DNA of 64,000 nucleotides, from contig CBFFRQ010000180.1 in the NCBI GenBank assembly GCA_965644315.1, positions 1-64,000 of the forward strand. The letters run 5' to 3'. Shown piece by piece: positions 40,001 through 50,679 of this stretch. Position 1 is the stretch's first letter. Each line of letters opens with the position of its first letter. The notes below the pieces were generated by a model. The model had not been told where the DNA came from. It saw nothing but the letters and a program-made list of their open reading frames with translations, and did not search any database. A program made the position numbers and the translations under genes. The stretch comes from Caecitellus pseudoparvulus (Eukaryota > Protista > Bigyra: Bicosoecida).

Positions 40001-41070
40001 CGTGGCATGCTGTGGGAGGGCCAACAACTGCAATGGGTGGATTCATGATCCTGGGGGCTGCCACTGGCGCCGCTGGGCTTCATGCTCGGTGCGAAGTGTG
40101 GGTGGTGTGGCAAACACGCATCGCTTGCATCTTTGGCGTGGCATGCTGCGCTGCCTCCGTGTCAGCGACTTCAGTGGCACAGCTGGACACACTGCAGCGC
40201 TGGACTTCGAGTTTAACAAAGGATGAAGTGTATGATGTGTCGCTTGGACTCGGCTTGCCAGTGGGACACTCTGAATGGCTGCTTCGCCGCCTGACGCAGT
40301 CTTTCAGGGTAGCAGGCGTGCTTAGTGCGCTGTGTGCCGTTGTCTGTGTTGTGTGTGCCTACACGAACGCGCTCTTTGTTCGCGAGCTCCGGATCTTTAA
40401 TGCGGACCGCACTCTTCGAGTTCAGAGGGAAGAGGCCATGCTTCGAGAGCTCGGCATCCAGGCGCTTTTCTCCCGGAGCCGCGGAGTATTCGATGTCCTT
40501 GCGCCGCGTTTGCACATCTCGCAGCGCACCCCACCGCCAGAGAACTCTGGGGCCCAGTCTCAAACACGGGCGTCCCTCCCTGAACTTGCTGGAGTCGAAG
40601 GCATGGAGGGTCTTGCCACGACTATGCGGGCAACGTGGGTCGCACATTTTGGGGGCGCCAGCAGCGTACGCTGGGTGACGGATGGGAGCCTGTCTTCATC
40701 ATGCGACAGTGGCCCTGAAGCTGCCATGGAGTTGGCAGAGACTCTGGCCAATGAATCGCTGCGCTCTGAAACAGATAGGCTGCAGCGCTCATTGGTGCTG
40801 TGGCGTGCCGAGGACCGCTCACAGCCAAGAACGCTGGCTTGCAGTATCAACCTCGCTGACGAAAGTGAGGCTGCAGTGGCACGCATCCTGGAGCTGCAGC
40901 GGCTGAGCCGGAGCCTTCCCAGTGAACAAGAGTTTTTGGCTTGGCGGGGACAGCCTCTGAACGCGTTGCCAGTGACCGAGGATGCCGAAACTCCTACAGC
41001 CGGTGTGCGAGCTGGCAACACCAACGAGCATGCGACTCGCATCGCTGTGCGCACCTCTGGAACCGCCTAG
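37051..41070 (+). CDS. Leishmanolysin/GP63-like M8 metallopeptidase with multi-pass membrane C-terminal region (host)
   Basis: Signal-like N-terminus; HEVGHLLG, VPLED..G.G.HWESR, ELM, LTLAMLEDT, WGFKAGCDF; Cys-rich region; many hydrophobic segments. Start codon uncertain (37036 or 37051). Confidence 0.85.
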   Translation: MRSLGSLGHFAVLAACFVLACAVMNPHRRPGMATATTAPMMPMDTRASFARSKPGQALVKRQTYPSQLPHGTHNRLLSSAHRLSAAAPLRIKYVWDVVHSGGATCKSHGESGALKGPCEATEATHCSAAGQRIAAYNRETSAWQQYTCVPEDIVGQTDVGLSTRTLVRALEKAAELWGAALSVLPVQDAVSIPLELKQSLNIQNSSADHNHCDLLVIVTVRPEPAQGSIRGSATCWQRDQFYRCTVGVLNVVPKVIATTQTGTTTLDSIFRTAAHEVGHLLGAVSMGPHWIDSSSQRPAHPSEYAMAMGARPTQSERRAILLKSPRLLIVARWFFACSSLAGVPLEDHPLGHGHHWESRVMGPELMAYGRQTGTTFLSPLTLAMLEDTNQFVANYDVAGPIGAQSTLAREATRLHTGNETLALPNTLAEMLPGTRLDWPMWGFKAGCDFVKGVRAKNWPAEYTCTQHGVRGCTADRSWTGLCQLSSELNIPWPYSCSEVEEHAVQGSQGGRYALWRSACPQGSPPAQCQNGSCPLPDAFQLFGNNNFSLAPLDASGLRLPSSNLAPERVGGVIAAMDFLPTTLRLSKCAQDDLTAGYSAASQYLQTDSSGQIRCRDCRCFHSTLSESPLGRWTSQSPAASSGCYRSNCFSKELLQVGIQRVETSSMMWFDCPRNGGDLVVPGWSGRLLCPPATRYCETQPLTGNLERTATHEAQWGLLIVIWLALCAGCILTCSRRASRFAARQCTRACAVTAFHQRRELLCDPALQDMSRWLWSAAPSVKARVGRYVAWMQGFSTLTAAGALLCFGTGWMHIAHASVVLIVMGLSCMLGILGRRSFSVPAHGAPCGALAFTVSAGTCALALFVGGGILFFAASQPGLTETYARSIGCSYLSSADTVLCGSTSGIRTHSLAGSLVRVLTTAIGLLCCCVGSLLLCSSTTAIRSLPTTPLVPVLACSSWLSLGLSASVLVAAASDALFWRASFWPWHAVGGPTTAMGGFMILGAATGAAGLHARCEVWVVWQTRIACIFGVACCAASVSATSVAQLDTLQRWTSSLTKDEVYDVSLGLGLPVGHSEWLLRRLTQSFRVAGVLSALCAVVCVVCAYTNALFVRELRIFNADRTLRVQREEAMLRELGIQALFSRSRGVFDVLAPRLHISQRTPPPENSGAQSQTRASLPELAGVEGMEGLATTMRATWVAHFGGASSVRWVTDGSLSSSCDSGPEAAMELAETLANESLRSETDRLQRSLVLWRAEDRSQPRTLACSINLADESEAAVARILELQRLSRSLPSEQEFLAWRGQPLNALPVTEDAETPTAGVRAGNTNEHATRIAVRTSGTA

Positions 41071-41696
41071 AGCAGTATGTCACTTGTGCACGCCACCGAT
41101 GCTTTGCTTCTTGGTGCGTTGGCCCCCGCTGCTGTCGGGTTGCGCTGATGGCAGCACCAACACAAGCTTGAACCTCAACCTCTGCGACCGTCGTGCCCTC
41201 CGTCTCAGAGACAAGAACAAGCAAAGGACTGGCGACGTACCATTGGCACCCAAAACCCATCACGACCCAACTTGAGTCTGGCACCCAGTGCCTGCCCCGC
41301 GTGCTTGAGCACCGTCGTGCACACCGGCGCCGTCGCCAGTCACGGCTGCTGCACTGTTCACACATCTGCTGCCACTTGCTTCTCTCCTCTGGCCCCGCTC
41401 CTGGATCTCTTTCGAAGTACTTCGACGCAGCGACGCAGTAAGTTGGAAGGAAAGGACGCCCCCTAACGCTGTCAAGTTGAGGGGGTGTCCCTTCGGCTTG
41501 AGATTCGCCACGCAAGTGTGCAAAGGCGCGCGGAAATCGATTGCTGGCACACTTTTCACCCCCGCCGCGTGCTCAGATGGCAAGAGTTTGCGCGCTGATT
41601 TCCGCTGCCGCTTTGTCAAATGACGCGATTCTGGGCTCTCTGGCTCCACGATTGAGAAAGGGTGCCCAGGTGGTGGCCTTCTCCAGCTCAGGCACC

Positions 41697-42565
41697 ATGG
41701 GCTGCGGCCATTCGTCAGCATCTGTGCAAGCGGCGCCTGCCGAGGAGCACTCCAAGGCTCAACCTGGACTGCCGAGACCTGTTGTTTGTGCGTCCTTCCC
41801 CTGGGGCATGGGCTGCCCTCGTGACATGCCCTTTTCCGGCTGTCTTTTGACTCGAGGCTCCTTGCACCTTTCACCGCTGCGCAGTGTGTGGACCCAGCGG
41901 CGTGGGCAAGTCCACCCTCGTCAAGCGCCTGCAGGCAGACTTCCCCGATGACTTTGGCTTCAGTGTCAGCCACACCACACGTGACTCGCGACCTGGTGAG
42001 GTGGACGGCGTGAGTCATGGCGTTCAAGGAGGCAACCAATTTCCGCGCAAACACACGCCGCCCTGCTGCGCCACGCTCGCAGGTTGACTATCACTTCACC
42101 AGCATCCAGGAAATCGAAGAAGCCATTGGTGCTGGTGGCTTCCTTGAGCATGCTAAGGTGCACGGCAACTACTACGGCACCAGCAAAGCCGCAGTGGCAG
42201 ATGTGCAGAGGGACGGCCGCATCTGCATCCTTGACATCGATGTTCAGGGCGTCCAGCAGGTGCAAGATCAGCACTTTGAAGTGAGCAAGTACATTTTCAT
42301 TGAGCCTCCCAGTGTTGAGGACCTGGAGCACCGCCTTCGCAAGCGAGGGACGGAGACAGAGGAACGCATTCGCAAGCGTGTCGGCGCAGCCGCTGGGGAA
42401 ATCGAAGCGTCCAAGTCCCTGCATTGGGACGCCCGCATCGTGAACAATACCATCGAGGAGGCGTACGCCGAGCTGCGCGCTGCGACGGAGGAGGAACGCG
42501 AGCGGGCCGCCATCGCCCGAGGCTTGACTGTGGCCACAGAGCTGCAGGGCTTGCCACGGGCTTGA
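41697..42565 (+). CDS. Guanylate kinase (host, two introns)
   Basis: Spliced [15 protein letters not shown]; [17 protein letters not shown]; DYHF; [15 protein letters not shown]; ILDIDVQG; [11 protein letters not shown]. Confidence 0.93.
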
Positions 42566-42587
42566 GAAATGCATCGGGCAGCCGTGC

Positions 42588-44645
42588 TCAGACGCCCTGC
42601 ACGAGGACAGCCACCTCACCGTCCAGAAGGGTGTCCACCTTGCGCGCTGTGGCATGCAACAGCGCCGGTAGGAGGCGGGCGGCCACTGCCTCCGCCAGCA
42701 CGAGATCCCCCAGCGAGTCCACGGCTGCCCCCCCTTCGCCGCGGAGCCCCCTGCCCCATGTCGCCTCGACAGCGGCGTTTTGAATGCGCCTGGCCCGCTT
42801 GCGCTCTGCCGCATGCTGGCGAATGGCGCCGAGTGCGCCAGGCTGCAGCACTGCAGTGGCCTGCGCCAGTGTCGGCGGCACGGAGGGTTGGCCGGCGGCT
42901 GCGGCCTTGGCAGCAGCTAGGACCAGGTGCCCCTGCAGCGACCCGCCACCGTGCACCTTCCACAAGGGCGCAGGTGCTGCAACATGCGCCGCGTGCTCGG
43001 CTTGGTCCGCACCTCGTGCGTGCCGCCTGGTCGCGGCTGCAACCTGCGCCGACTCCACCTGCCCCGCCCCACCTTCCTGCCCAGCCTGCCGCCCAGCCTT
43101 GCGCAGTTGCAAGTCTGCGGCTGCTTCGCCCTCCTCCTGCACTGCCGCCTCCAGTGCTGCCAGCATGGCATGCAGGTCCTCCGGTTGCCGTACAGCGTCA
43201 GCCAGCTGCTCCGCGTTGGAGAAGAACGCGAGGCGGCCCTCGCCCGCTGCCAACCGGGCCGCATCCTGCACACTCCACGCCTGGGCTGCGTTGGGTGCTG
43301 CCTGGTGGGCAGTGTCGCCATGCGCTGGTGCGACAGGTTGGCTGGTGGGGGTGCTGCTTTGGGCAGCAGCGGCAGGGGTGGCCGCCCCTCCAGCAGCACA
43401 GCCCAAGTTGATGTAGCGGGTGTGGACTGCATCCACACTGGCTGCTGCCGCAACTTTGCGCATGGAGTGATGCCACACGTGTTCGTGCAAGTCAGGCACG
43501 TGCACTGAGCCGGACAGGCCGCCCCCCGTGGGGTTTTGTGAGACCCTTCCAGAGCTTGCCGCACACCCCAGCGGGACATAAAGCTCCTCGAGATTGAATG
43601 CTTGGCTCTGCCAGGGTGAGGAGCGTGCGGGGGGGGGTGTTGCACCCCCCCTCGTGTACATCATTGGGGGGGGGCTACCGACTCCGCGGTCCGAACCGCC
43701 CACCGTGTGGGGATCGGAGCGTGGCAGTACGCGAGTGGGAGAGCTACCCACTGGCATGCGCACAGGGTTCACCAACACCTCGCGCTCCTGCTGGGCCTGG
43801 GGCAAGTGCGTGTGTCGGATCGTCACGCCCCCCATCCGCTGCACTCTCGGGGCCACGGGCGGCACAGGTGCCGGCGACACGCGCCCGGCATCACTGCCTG
43901 ACCCTTGCCAAGGCCCAGGCAAGACAGATCGTTGGCGAGGCAGCTGCTCAACCTTGTTGAGGGGGGGTGGTGGCCTTGGCGTCGGCTGGGGGGGCCTCCG
44001 TGGCTGTGAGTCGTTGCCTGCAGCCTTGGCTTTTCCGCCCGCTACGGCACTGCTGCCGGCAGCCCGGGGCTTGCTTTGTCCTTTGTTCCTGGTCTTGGCA
44101 CTGCGTTTTCGGGTTGCTGTGGTCACAGGCCTGCCGTGCGGCACACTTTGTCGCCGAGTGCGACCCTGCCGTCGCAGCTGCAGCAAGCGCTGGTAGGGAT
44201 GCCGCGCACGCTTGGTGTGAGCTCGGCGAGGGGGCGTGTTGGACGAAGTTGGTGGGCGCGCAGGCGACACACTGCGCACGCGAAAGGTCGCAGAACTGCG
44301 CTCCAGACTGCGGCCTCGCGTCCGCATCTCGTCAAATGTCCCTGCGGTCGTGGTGTCATCGTTCCACTCAGGATGGCGGCGCGCAGGGACAGCGGCACGT
44401 GAAGACCGTGCAGGCTGTGCCCTGGGAGGTGTGCGATGACGACCTGCGTGTGTCACTGCAGGTGCCTGGCTGTGGGCTGTGGAAGGCTTGCCGTGGGGGC
44501 GTGGAGGGATGCCTGCGGAAGTTGGTGCTCGACGTGCCGCCTGAGGTGGTGCTTGGATGTCAATGGAAGGTGGAACAGGCCCACTTGCGACGCGAGCATC
44601 AGCACTGCTCGCTGCCCATGTCAGGCCTAGGCCAGAGTCCTGCAT
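42588..44645 (-). CDS. Hypothetical low-complexity Pro/Arg/Ala-rich protein (host)
   Basis: Long ORF filling the space between two recognisable genes; first plausible ATG (MQDSG) at 44645. Confidence 0.5.
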   Translation of the reverse strand: MQDSGLGLTWAASSADARVASGPVPPSIDIQAPPQAARRAPTSAGIPPRPHGKPSTAHSQAPAVTHAGRHRTPPRAQPARSSRAAVPARRHPEWNDDTTTAGTFDEMRTRGRSLERSSATFRVRSVSPARPPTSSNTPPRRAHTKRARHPYQRLLQLRRQGRTRRQSVPHGRPVTTATRKRSAKTRNKGQSKPRAAGSSAVAGGKAKAAGNDSQPRRPPQPTPRPPPPLNKVEQLPRQRSVLPGPWQGSGSDAGRVSPAPVPPVAPRVQRMGGVTIRHTHLPQAQQEREVLVNPVRMPVGSSPTRVLPRSDPHTVGGSDRGVGSPPPMMYTRGGATPPPARSSPWQSQAFNLEELYVPLGCAASSGRVSQNPTGGGLSGSVHVPDLHEHVWHHSMRKVAAAASVDAVHTRYINLGCAAGGAATPAAAAQSSTPTSQPVAPAHGDTAHQAAPNAAQAWSVQDAARLAAGEGRLAFFSNAEQLADAVRQPEDLHAMLAALEAAVQEEGEAAADLQLRKAGRQAGQEGGAGQVESAQVAAATRRHARGADQAEHAAHVAAPAPLWKVHGGGSLQGHLVLAAAKAAAAGQPSVPPTLAQATAVLQPGALGAIRQHAAERKRARRIQNAAVEATWGRGLRGEGGAAVDSLGDLVLAEAVAARLLPALLHATARKVDTLLDGEVAVLVQGV

Positions 44646-44970
44646 GAAGCCCACTGCGGTGCCGCCGAAGCAGGGCTGGTGTGCAGAGTGGGCAACGGCA
44701 GAAACGCTAGCAAACACCACCCTGCAGGGGATGGCTCGCGGTCCGGGCGGAGCAACAGCCCTGAACAAGTTGAATGCTGAGACGTGTTTCTTGTCACATG
44801 TGCTGGCGCCTGGGGCTTTGTTTCTTACCTGGCTCTGTCCGCCCGAGCAGTGACTGGGCTGCAAGCCTGCCATAGCCAGGGCCGCCTTGCAACTGGACTG
44901 CGGTCGGCGACGTAACTGCCACAGCACAGCTGCCAAGGAAACATGCATTGGATGGAGCCCGGGGCGAGCT

Positions 44971-45780
44971 TCATCGCTCTTGCGTAGCTGCGTCCACTGG
45001 CACTGTGAGGGTGCTGTCCAGCAGCGCTTGCAGCTGGTCCACTGCGGCGGCACTGGCGGGCACGTGCTTGGCGATGAAGAGGCACCTCGCCTGAGCGTGC
45101 ACGGTGCCAGAGGCAGGGTCGAACAGCACGGCGGTCATGTGCACCTTCCGGCCCTGCACAGAGGTCACCTTGAGGTGAGCTTGCACCTCCCGCCCAGCGG
45201 GGAGAGGCGCCCGGTAGTCGATGTTCAGGTTGGCCGTGAAGCCTGTGCCCATGCGCAGGCAGAAGAACAGCATGCCAAAGGTGTCGTCAAGCAACGTGGC
45301 GGTGGCCCCGCCATGCACCAGGCCGGGGTGCCCCACCATCTTCTCCCCCAGGCGCAGCTTCATGAGCAGCTCACCCCGCTTCGCACACACGAAGTGCTCG
45401 TGGCGCTCCAGGCCCCCCGGGACGCGCATAAGGGAGTTGATGAAGTGCTCTTTTTTGTTGAAGTGCCTCGTCACGTTCACGCGGACGAAGCCGCCCTCTT
45501 CTTCGTACCCTGCCGGCAGCGAGTACGAAGACAGGCGCCGGTACTGCTTGCCGAGGGAGTCTATGACGGCGTCTTCCCCAGCAGTGGCTGTTTCAAGGTG
45601 GGTGTCTGCCTTTCCTCTAGTGACAGCAGCGAGGTTTGCTTGCCCACTGCCGAGTGGCGCAGGGGTCTGAGTCGCCCCGCTCGGCTCACATTCCGCGGCG
45701 GAGCCCAGGATCCCTGTCAAGGCCACAGAGGACCCTGCCAACACGGCCCTGCATGCAGCGAAACACACCTTAGCAGCCAT
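44971..45780 (-). CDS. Hotdog-fold acyl-CoA thioesterase (PaaI/THEM4-like) (host)
   Basis: GHPGLVHGGATATLLDDTFG; FTANLNIDYRAP; GRKVHM. Confidence 0.9.
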   Translation of the reverse strand: MAAKVCFAACRAVLAGSSVALTGILGSAAECEPSGATQTPAPLGSGQANLAAVTRGKADTHLETATAGEDAVIDSLGKQYRRLSSYSLPAGYEEEGGFVRVNVTRHFNKKEHFINSLMRVPGGLERHEHFVCAKRGELLMKLRLGEKMVGHPGLVHGGATATLLDDTFGMLFFCLRMGTGFTANLNIDYRAPLPAGREVQAHLKVTSVQGRKVHMTAVLFDPASGTVHAQARCLFIAKHVPASAAAVDQLQALLDSTLTVPVDAATQER

Positions 45781-45998
45781 GTCGATGAGTTCCGCACTTA
45801 CTTTGACGCGTTCGCGCCAGAAGCCGCGAGGGAGGGGACCAGGGAGGGTGCGGAAATTGCCACAATGCCCCTGTGCGGGAACCTTGCCGAACAATTGACG
45901 GAATACAAGAAACCATCGCAGGGCTAGGAATGCACCAAGGCAGCAAATTCGTATTGTTTGTGCCTTCCCATGCCAATTGATGCTGCTCGCCATGCGAC

Positions 45999-48069
45999 AT
46001 GGCAGCTGAGCCTGCCACAGCGGCGCCGGGCTTGCCTGGGCAGTGCGAAGCTGAAGCTGAGAGCGCTGTCCTGCCAGAGGCCGAGCAGGCTGCCTCCCTT
46101 GCGGTCCTTCTCAGGCTCTTTCAAGAAACAGCTACGTTTGATCTTGCAGGGCTGGTTGCCGCCCTCCATGCGGCCACCCAAGCCACAGTCGACGCGTGCC
46201 TCGGCCAGCTCTGGCCCTCCCACAGCAGCACGCTCCTTGCGCGAGCGACCGAGGCTTGCGCCGACACCAGCGGCTTAGCTTGGCAGGGTCGAGCCAAGCT
46301 CGTGCGTTCAGTGTTCCGTGTCGGCGAAGGAGCTTGGAACACTGACGCCTACGCGGCCTGCATCCTCGCAGCCTTCGGGCCGCTGGAGGGACAGGCACTG
46401 TACTCCGCCAAGGTGCGCGGGCATGCGCTCGCGGCGGCGCGCTGCACCCAGCGCCGCGAGGTGCACACCTTCCTCCTCTCGCGCGCAGGCATACGTAGAC
46501 GATGGTGAGGACAAGCTCACGCTGCACCTCTTGGTGTTCAAGACGCTGCCGCCGGCGCCGCGGGCAGCCCTCCTGCGCCACTTCGCTGCGGGCGCCGCGG
46601 CGGCGAGCGGACCGCCCGCACGACCTAACATCGTGGCAGTGGACATCGACGATACCCTGCACCCGTACCTCTTCGACCAGTCCAGTGCGGCGGGGGAGCC
46701 GTACCCGGGCGTCCTGGACTGCCTCGCTGCTCTGGTGGCGGGGCCACAGGGGGGAACCCCGGGCCGCCTCGCAGTCATCACAGCACGCCCAGGGCTGGCG
46801 AGGAGCTACACGCGCGCAGCCATGCGCAAGCTGGGCCTGGGACACGCCACGGTGTACACGGGCACCCTGACCGCCCTAGTGTCCACCGACAGCATGGCCG
46901 CGCGCAAGCTGCAGAACTTCGACCGGCTGCGGCAGCTGTGGCCCGAAGGCCGCCTGGTGTGGGTGGGAGACATGGGGCAGGGGGACTGCCTGGCGGGACA
47001 GCAACTGCTGGCCCAGCCCTGTCCCGCAACCTGCCCCCCCCCCCTTGTGCTCATGCACGACATTGTGCTGCGCGGCGCGAAGCAAGTGCCGAGCACATGC
47101 TTGGCGAAACGCCGCCAGCTCGCAAGCACTGGCGTCTTCGTGTTTGATAGCTACATTGACGCGGCGGTGGTGGCGGTGCAGGCAGGCGCGGCTGACCCGC
47201 GCTGCCTGCTGCCCCTTGCCCTGGCGGCCCTGCGGCGCGTGGGGCTGCGGCCACCCCGCCTGGCTGCTCACGCAGACACTCTGGCCGCCTGGGCTGAGCA
47301 GCAAGTGCCTGCCCAGGGGGACCAGCTGCCTTCCTTCCGCTTGCCAGAGGCTGCCGTGGCGGGGGAGGTGCTCGGAATGCCGCGAGCTCCCACCAAGGCA
47401 CCAGCACCCACCGCCCCACCTGCTGCCGCTGCGACAGATGCTGCTGCTGTGTCGCCAAGCCATGCGGGTGCGCTGCAGGGCCCCCCCCCGCCACGGATGC
47501 CGCCCCCACCACTGACGCTGCCTGTGGGCTTGGGGCTGTACGCGGTGACAGGCAGTGCGGGGCACGCCACGTGCAGGGGCATGGCAGTGCCTCGCACGTG
47601 TCCGTTGGGCCTGCCGGGCTTGGCTGTGCAGTGGCAGAGTGGTGACGACGTGGCGGCGGACGGGGGGCTGCGCATGCCGGGATGCGCGCCTCGCACGGAC
47701 ACGGCGGACCTCGCGCAGTACCCGGGCCTGTCCACTTCGCAGCCTTCCCCAGGGAGCTTGCCAGCGACACCTCACCATGTGCAGGTGCTGGGGGGTGCTG
47801 CAGCCACCACTGCCATTCACAACGCCAGCCGTGGCTGCTCGCCCGCCACAGCCCTGTCTGAGGACTCCCCCTGGCCCAGCTGGGCCCACGCGCAGGCCGC
47901 GCCAGCGGTACAGGCCGCCGCAGCTGCCTCTCGGTACCAGAACCTGCGAAACAACATGCGGCGGGTGGAGGCGCAGGCGGCAGCCGAGCGTGCGCTGGCG
48001 CTACTCGCCCTGGCTGCGGCGGTGCCGGACCCCCCCTGCCGCGCAGGCGAGGGGGGGGGCGGGCCGTAG
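45999..48069 (+). CDS. HAD-superfamily, App1-like phosphatidate phosphatase candidate (host; probably spliced, 5' structure uncertain)
   Basis: VDIDDTL (DxDxT), YPGV, VITARP, RKLQNF..LWPE..VWVGDMGQGD in frame 46318-48069; ORF 45999-46508 probably supplies the N-terminus. Confidence 0.65.
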
Positions 48070-48079
48070 ACTGCCCGGT

Positions 48080-49430
48080 TCACATGATAATGCACTTCTT
48101 CTTCTTCTTCTTGCCTCCTGCGCCGGGCCCTGTGTCTGCACCCTCCCCGTCGGCGGCACCGAGCTCCTCGTCGTCGTCCTCCGAATCGCCCTCACCGGCC
48201 CCCGCCCGCAGGGAGTGAGGGGCAGCTGCTCCGTCGCCTCCCCGCCCCGCGGCAACAGCTGCCTGGCCTGGACTGCCTCCCTGCCCTTGCTGTTCCGCCG
48301 CCTCTGCAGCCTGGCGCGCCTCGGCTGTACGCTTGGCGCGCTTGCGGCGGGCCTTGCGGGAGGCCTCCAGGACGGCCGGGTCGGGTGCGCGGGGGTTGAC
48401 AGGCGGTGGAGGGGGGGGCGGCTGCACAGGCCGCCTGCTGCCGATGATGCCGTGCTCGGGGGGGGCATCCTCAGCCACCACCGGCACGCTGGACAGGTCG
48501 TCTGCCGGCAGCCGCTTGGCAGCCTCTGCCCGGCCCACCGCCGTCAGGGGGGGTGCTGTACTGTCAAAGAACTCCGCTGGTAGGCCCACACCCACCGCGC
48601 CGCCTGCTGCAGGCGGCGGGGGGGGTGACGCAAAGGAAGCCAGGCCTGGGATGACCGCCGAGTGTGGCGTGGCGGAAGTGTACTCTTCGGGCAGGCTACG
48701 CAGCGCGTCCAGGACCACCGACCGCACGGCCTCCGTGACAGGCACAGGGTCCCGCGCATCCAGCATGCAGAAGGGCACAGCCATGCTTTCTGCCGCCGCC
48801 TCCAGGTCCGGGGCCGTCACTTCACAGTGACGGGGCTCCACCTCCCCCCGGCTGGCCACCAAGAGCATGGGAATGCCGCCGCAGTGGTCCAACACCACCT
48901 CTTGCCACGCAGCGGCTGCGCGCAGACTCGACGGGTCTTCCATAGACGCCAGCAGTAGCGCTCCACCGGCGCCGTTGAAGTAGGAGGCAGCTACATTTGA
49001 GAAGTCCCCGGCTCCTGAGCGTGGCGCAAGGAAGACAGTGCCGGTTCCTGTCGCTCTTGCGGGGCGCTGGGTGGGGGACTCACCGGAAAAGTCCCAGAAC
49101 ATGACACGAGTGCTGTGGCCTCCCTTGTGTACGAGGTCCCGCTCCATGAAGTCGGCCCCTGCGAGGTGCGGCAGTGAGTGACGGGCAGCTGTCAACGGCA
49201 AGCAGGCTGTGGGCCGACCCACCGACTGTGGGCTTCGCCATGGAGGGAGGGGAGCCCTTGCAGAAAGTGTGCACGAATGTGGTCTTGCCAGTGCTCTCGC
49301 CGCCTACGACGAGCACCTTCACCGTGCCTGCGCAATCACGCGGTGCACCGTGGTGCCAGCGACAGGCCGCCGGCGCCAGGAGCGCCGCCCATCACTCACT
49401 CTCCAAGTCCTGGAAGTCTTCTTCTTCCAT
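48080..49430 (-). CDS. Atypical Rab/Ras-like small GTPase with polybasic-CAAX tail (host, three probable introns)
   Basis: KVLVVGGESTGKT, PTVG/ADF, FWDFSG, YFNGAGGALL, PMLLVAS; ends KKKKKKCIIM. Confidence 0.8.
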
Positions 49431-49697
49431 GACCAGGGGAGTTCCAACTTGCAGTTTTCCGCACAGACCACTCCGTCTCAGGTCCGTGCCTGGCCCCAAG
49501 TTGCGAGGTCAGGGGCGACCTCACCTGCCTGGGCCAGGTGCGGAAAAAGGGCCAGACACGCCTAACCGGCACCTGCCCTGCAGGTAAGTTTCGCGCCAGA
49601 CCAAATTACAAACAAACCTGGATACGCCACCCTCGGTGAAGTTTTGAGTTTGCCCCTCTTGCCTTGATTAAGCGTGAACCCCCTCGGTACAGGCGAC

Positions 49698-50566
49698 ATG
49701 GCCAAGAAGACTGCCTCCACGAAGGAGGCAGGGGAGACGCGCACTTCCCTGCCACTGACTGCGCGCAGCGTGGACCTGCTCATCAGCTTCTACTACATCA
49801 TCTTCATCTTCACCGTGTCCTTCACTGACCTGCACAACTTCACGGCAAGCGTGCTGCGAGTGGAGGTGAAGGACCTGGAGAACATGGACCTTGCGTGAGT
49901 GCGGAAGAGAATGACCCGGCAACTTCCGACCACCACACCCCCGCCTGCTGCGCCGCAACAGGTACCCCCCCAAGTTCCTGACCGACCTCTACTTCAAGTG
50001 GGCCCGCACCGTGGACCCCCTGCTGTACGAGAACCCCATGTGGTGGCAGGCCATCGAGTGGGTGAACCTCCTGGTGCTGACGCCATATGCTCTCCTGGCT
50101 GTCATCGGCTTCCCCCTTGGCTGGCGCTGGCTGCGCAACCCCGGCATGATCGTGTCCTCGTTCACGGCGTACAGCCTGGCTGCCATCATCCCCGCTACGC
50201 TGTACGTGCGCGGGGTGCCTCACGCTGGTGCTTCCCTGCCCACATCACTTGCCTTTCACATCCACCACCCCCCCGCACAGCTTCGGCAACGACCCGACCC
50301 CCAACCCCCATGTCTTCTGCTGGGTGTATATTCCCTACGCCATCTTCCCCCTGCTCATCATCCTGCGCTTGTGGGGTGAGCGGCCTTTTGAGACCAAGCT
50401 GTCTGGATTCGCGTCAACCATCATCTGGCTGGTCGGCACCGTCACCCTGGCCCTCTTCTTCACCTACTGCCTCAAGTGGTTCGTCGTCTACGAGCCTGGC
50501 ATGCTGCCTTCCGAGGTGTTGGATGTTGTGAAGGGGCCCATGGACCAACTGCCTGGTGGGTTGTGA
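49698..50566 (+). CDS. EXPERA-domain (TMEM97/EBP-like) membrane protein (host, two introns)
   Basis: Hydrophobic helices; WARTVDPLLYENPMWW.AIEW; VYIPYAIFPLL. Confidence 0.7.
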
Positions 50567-50679
50567 CTCGGCTTGCAACCCCTTCGCAGCGCAGTGCGCT
50601 GCCTGAATGCATGACAAATCCCCGCCTCCCCAGGCTCCCTGTCCAGAGGCATAGCACTACCCACCACACTGCCTAAAAC

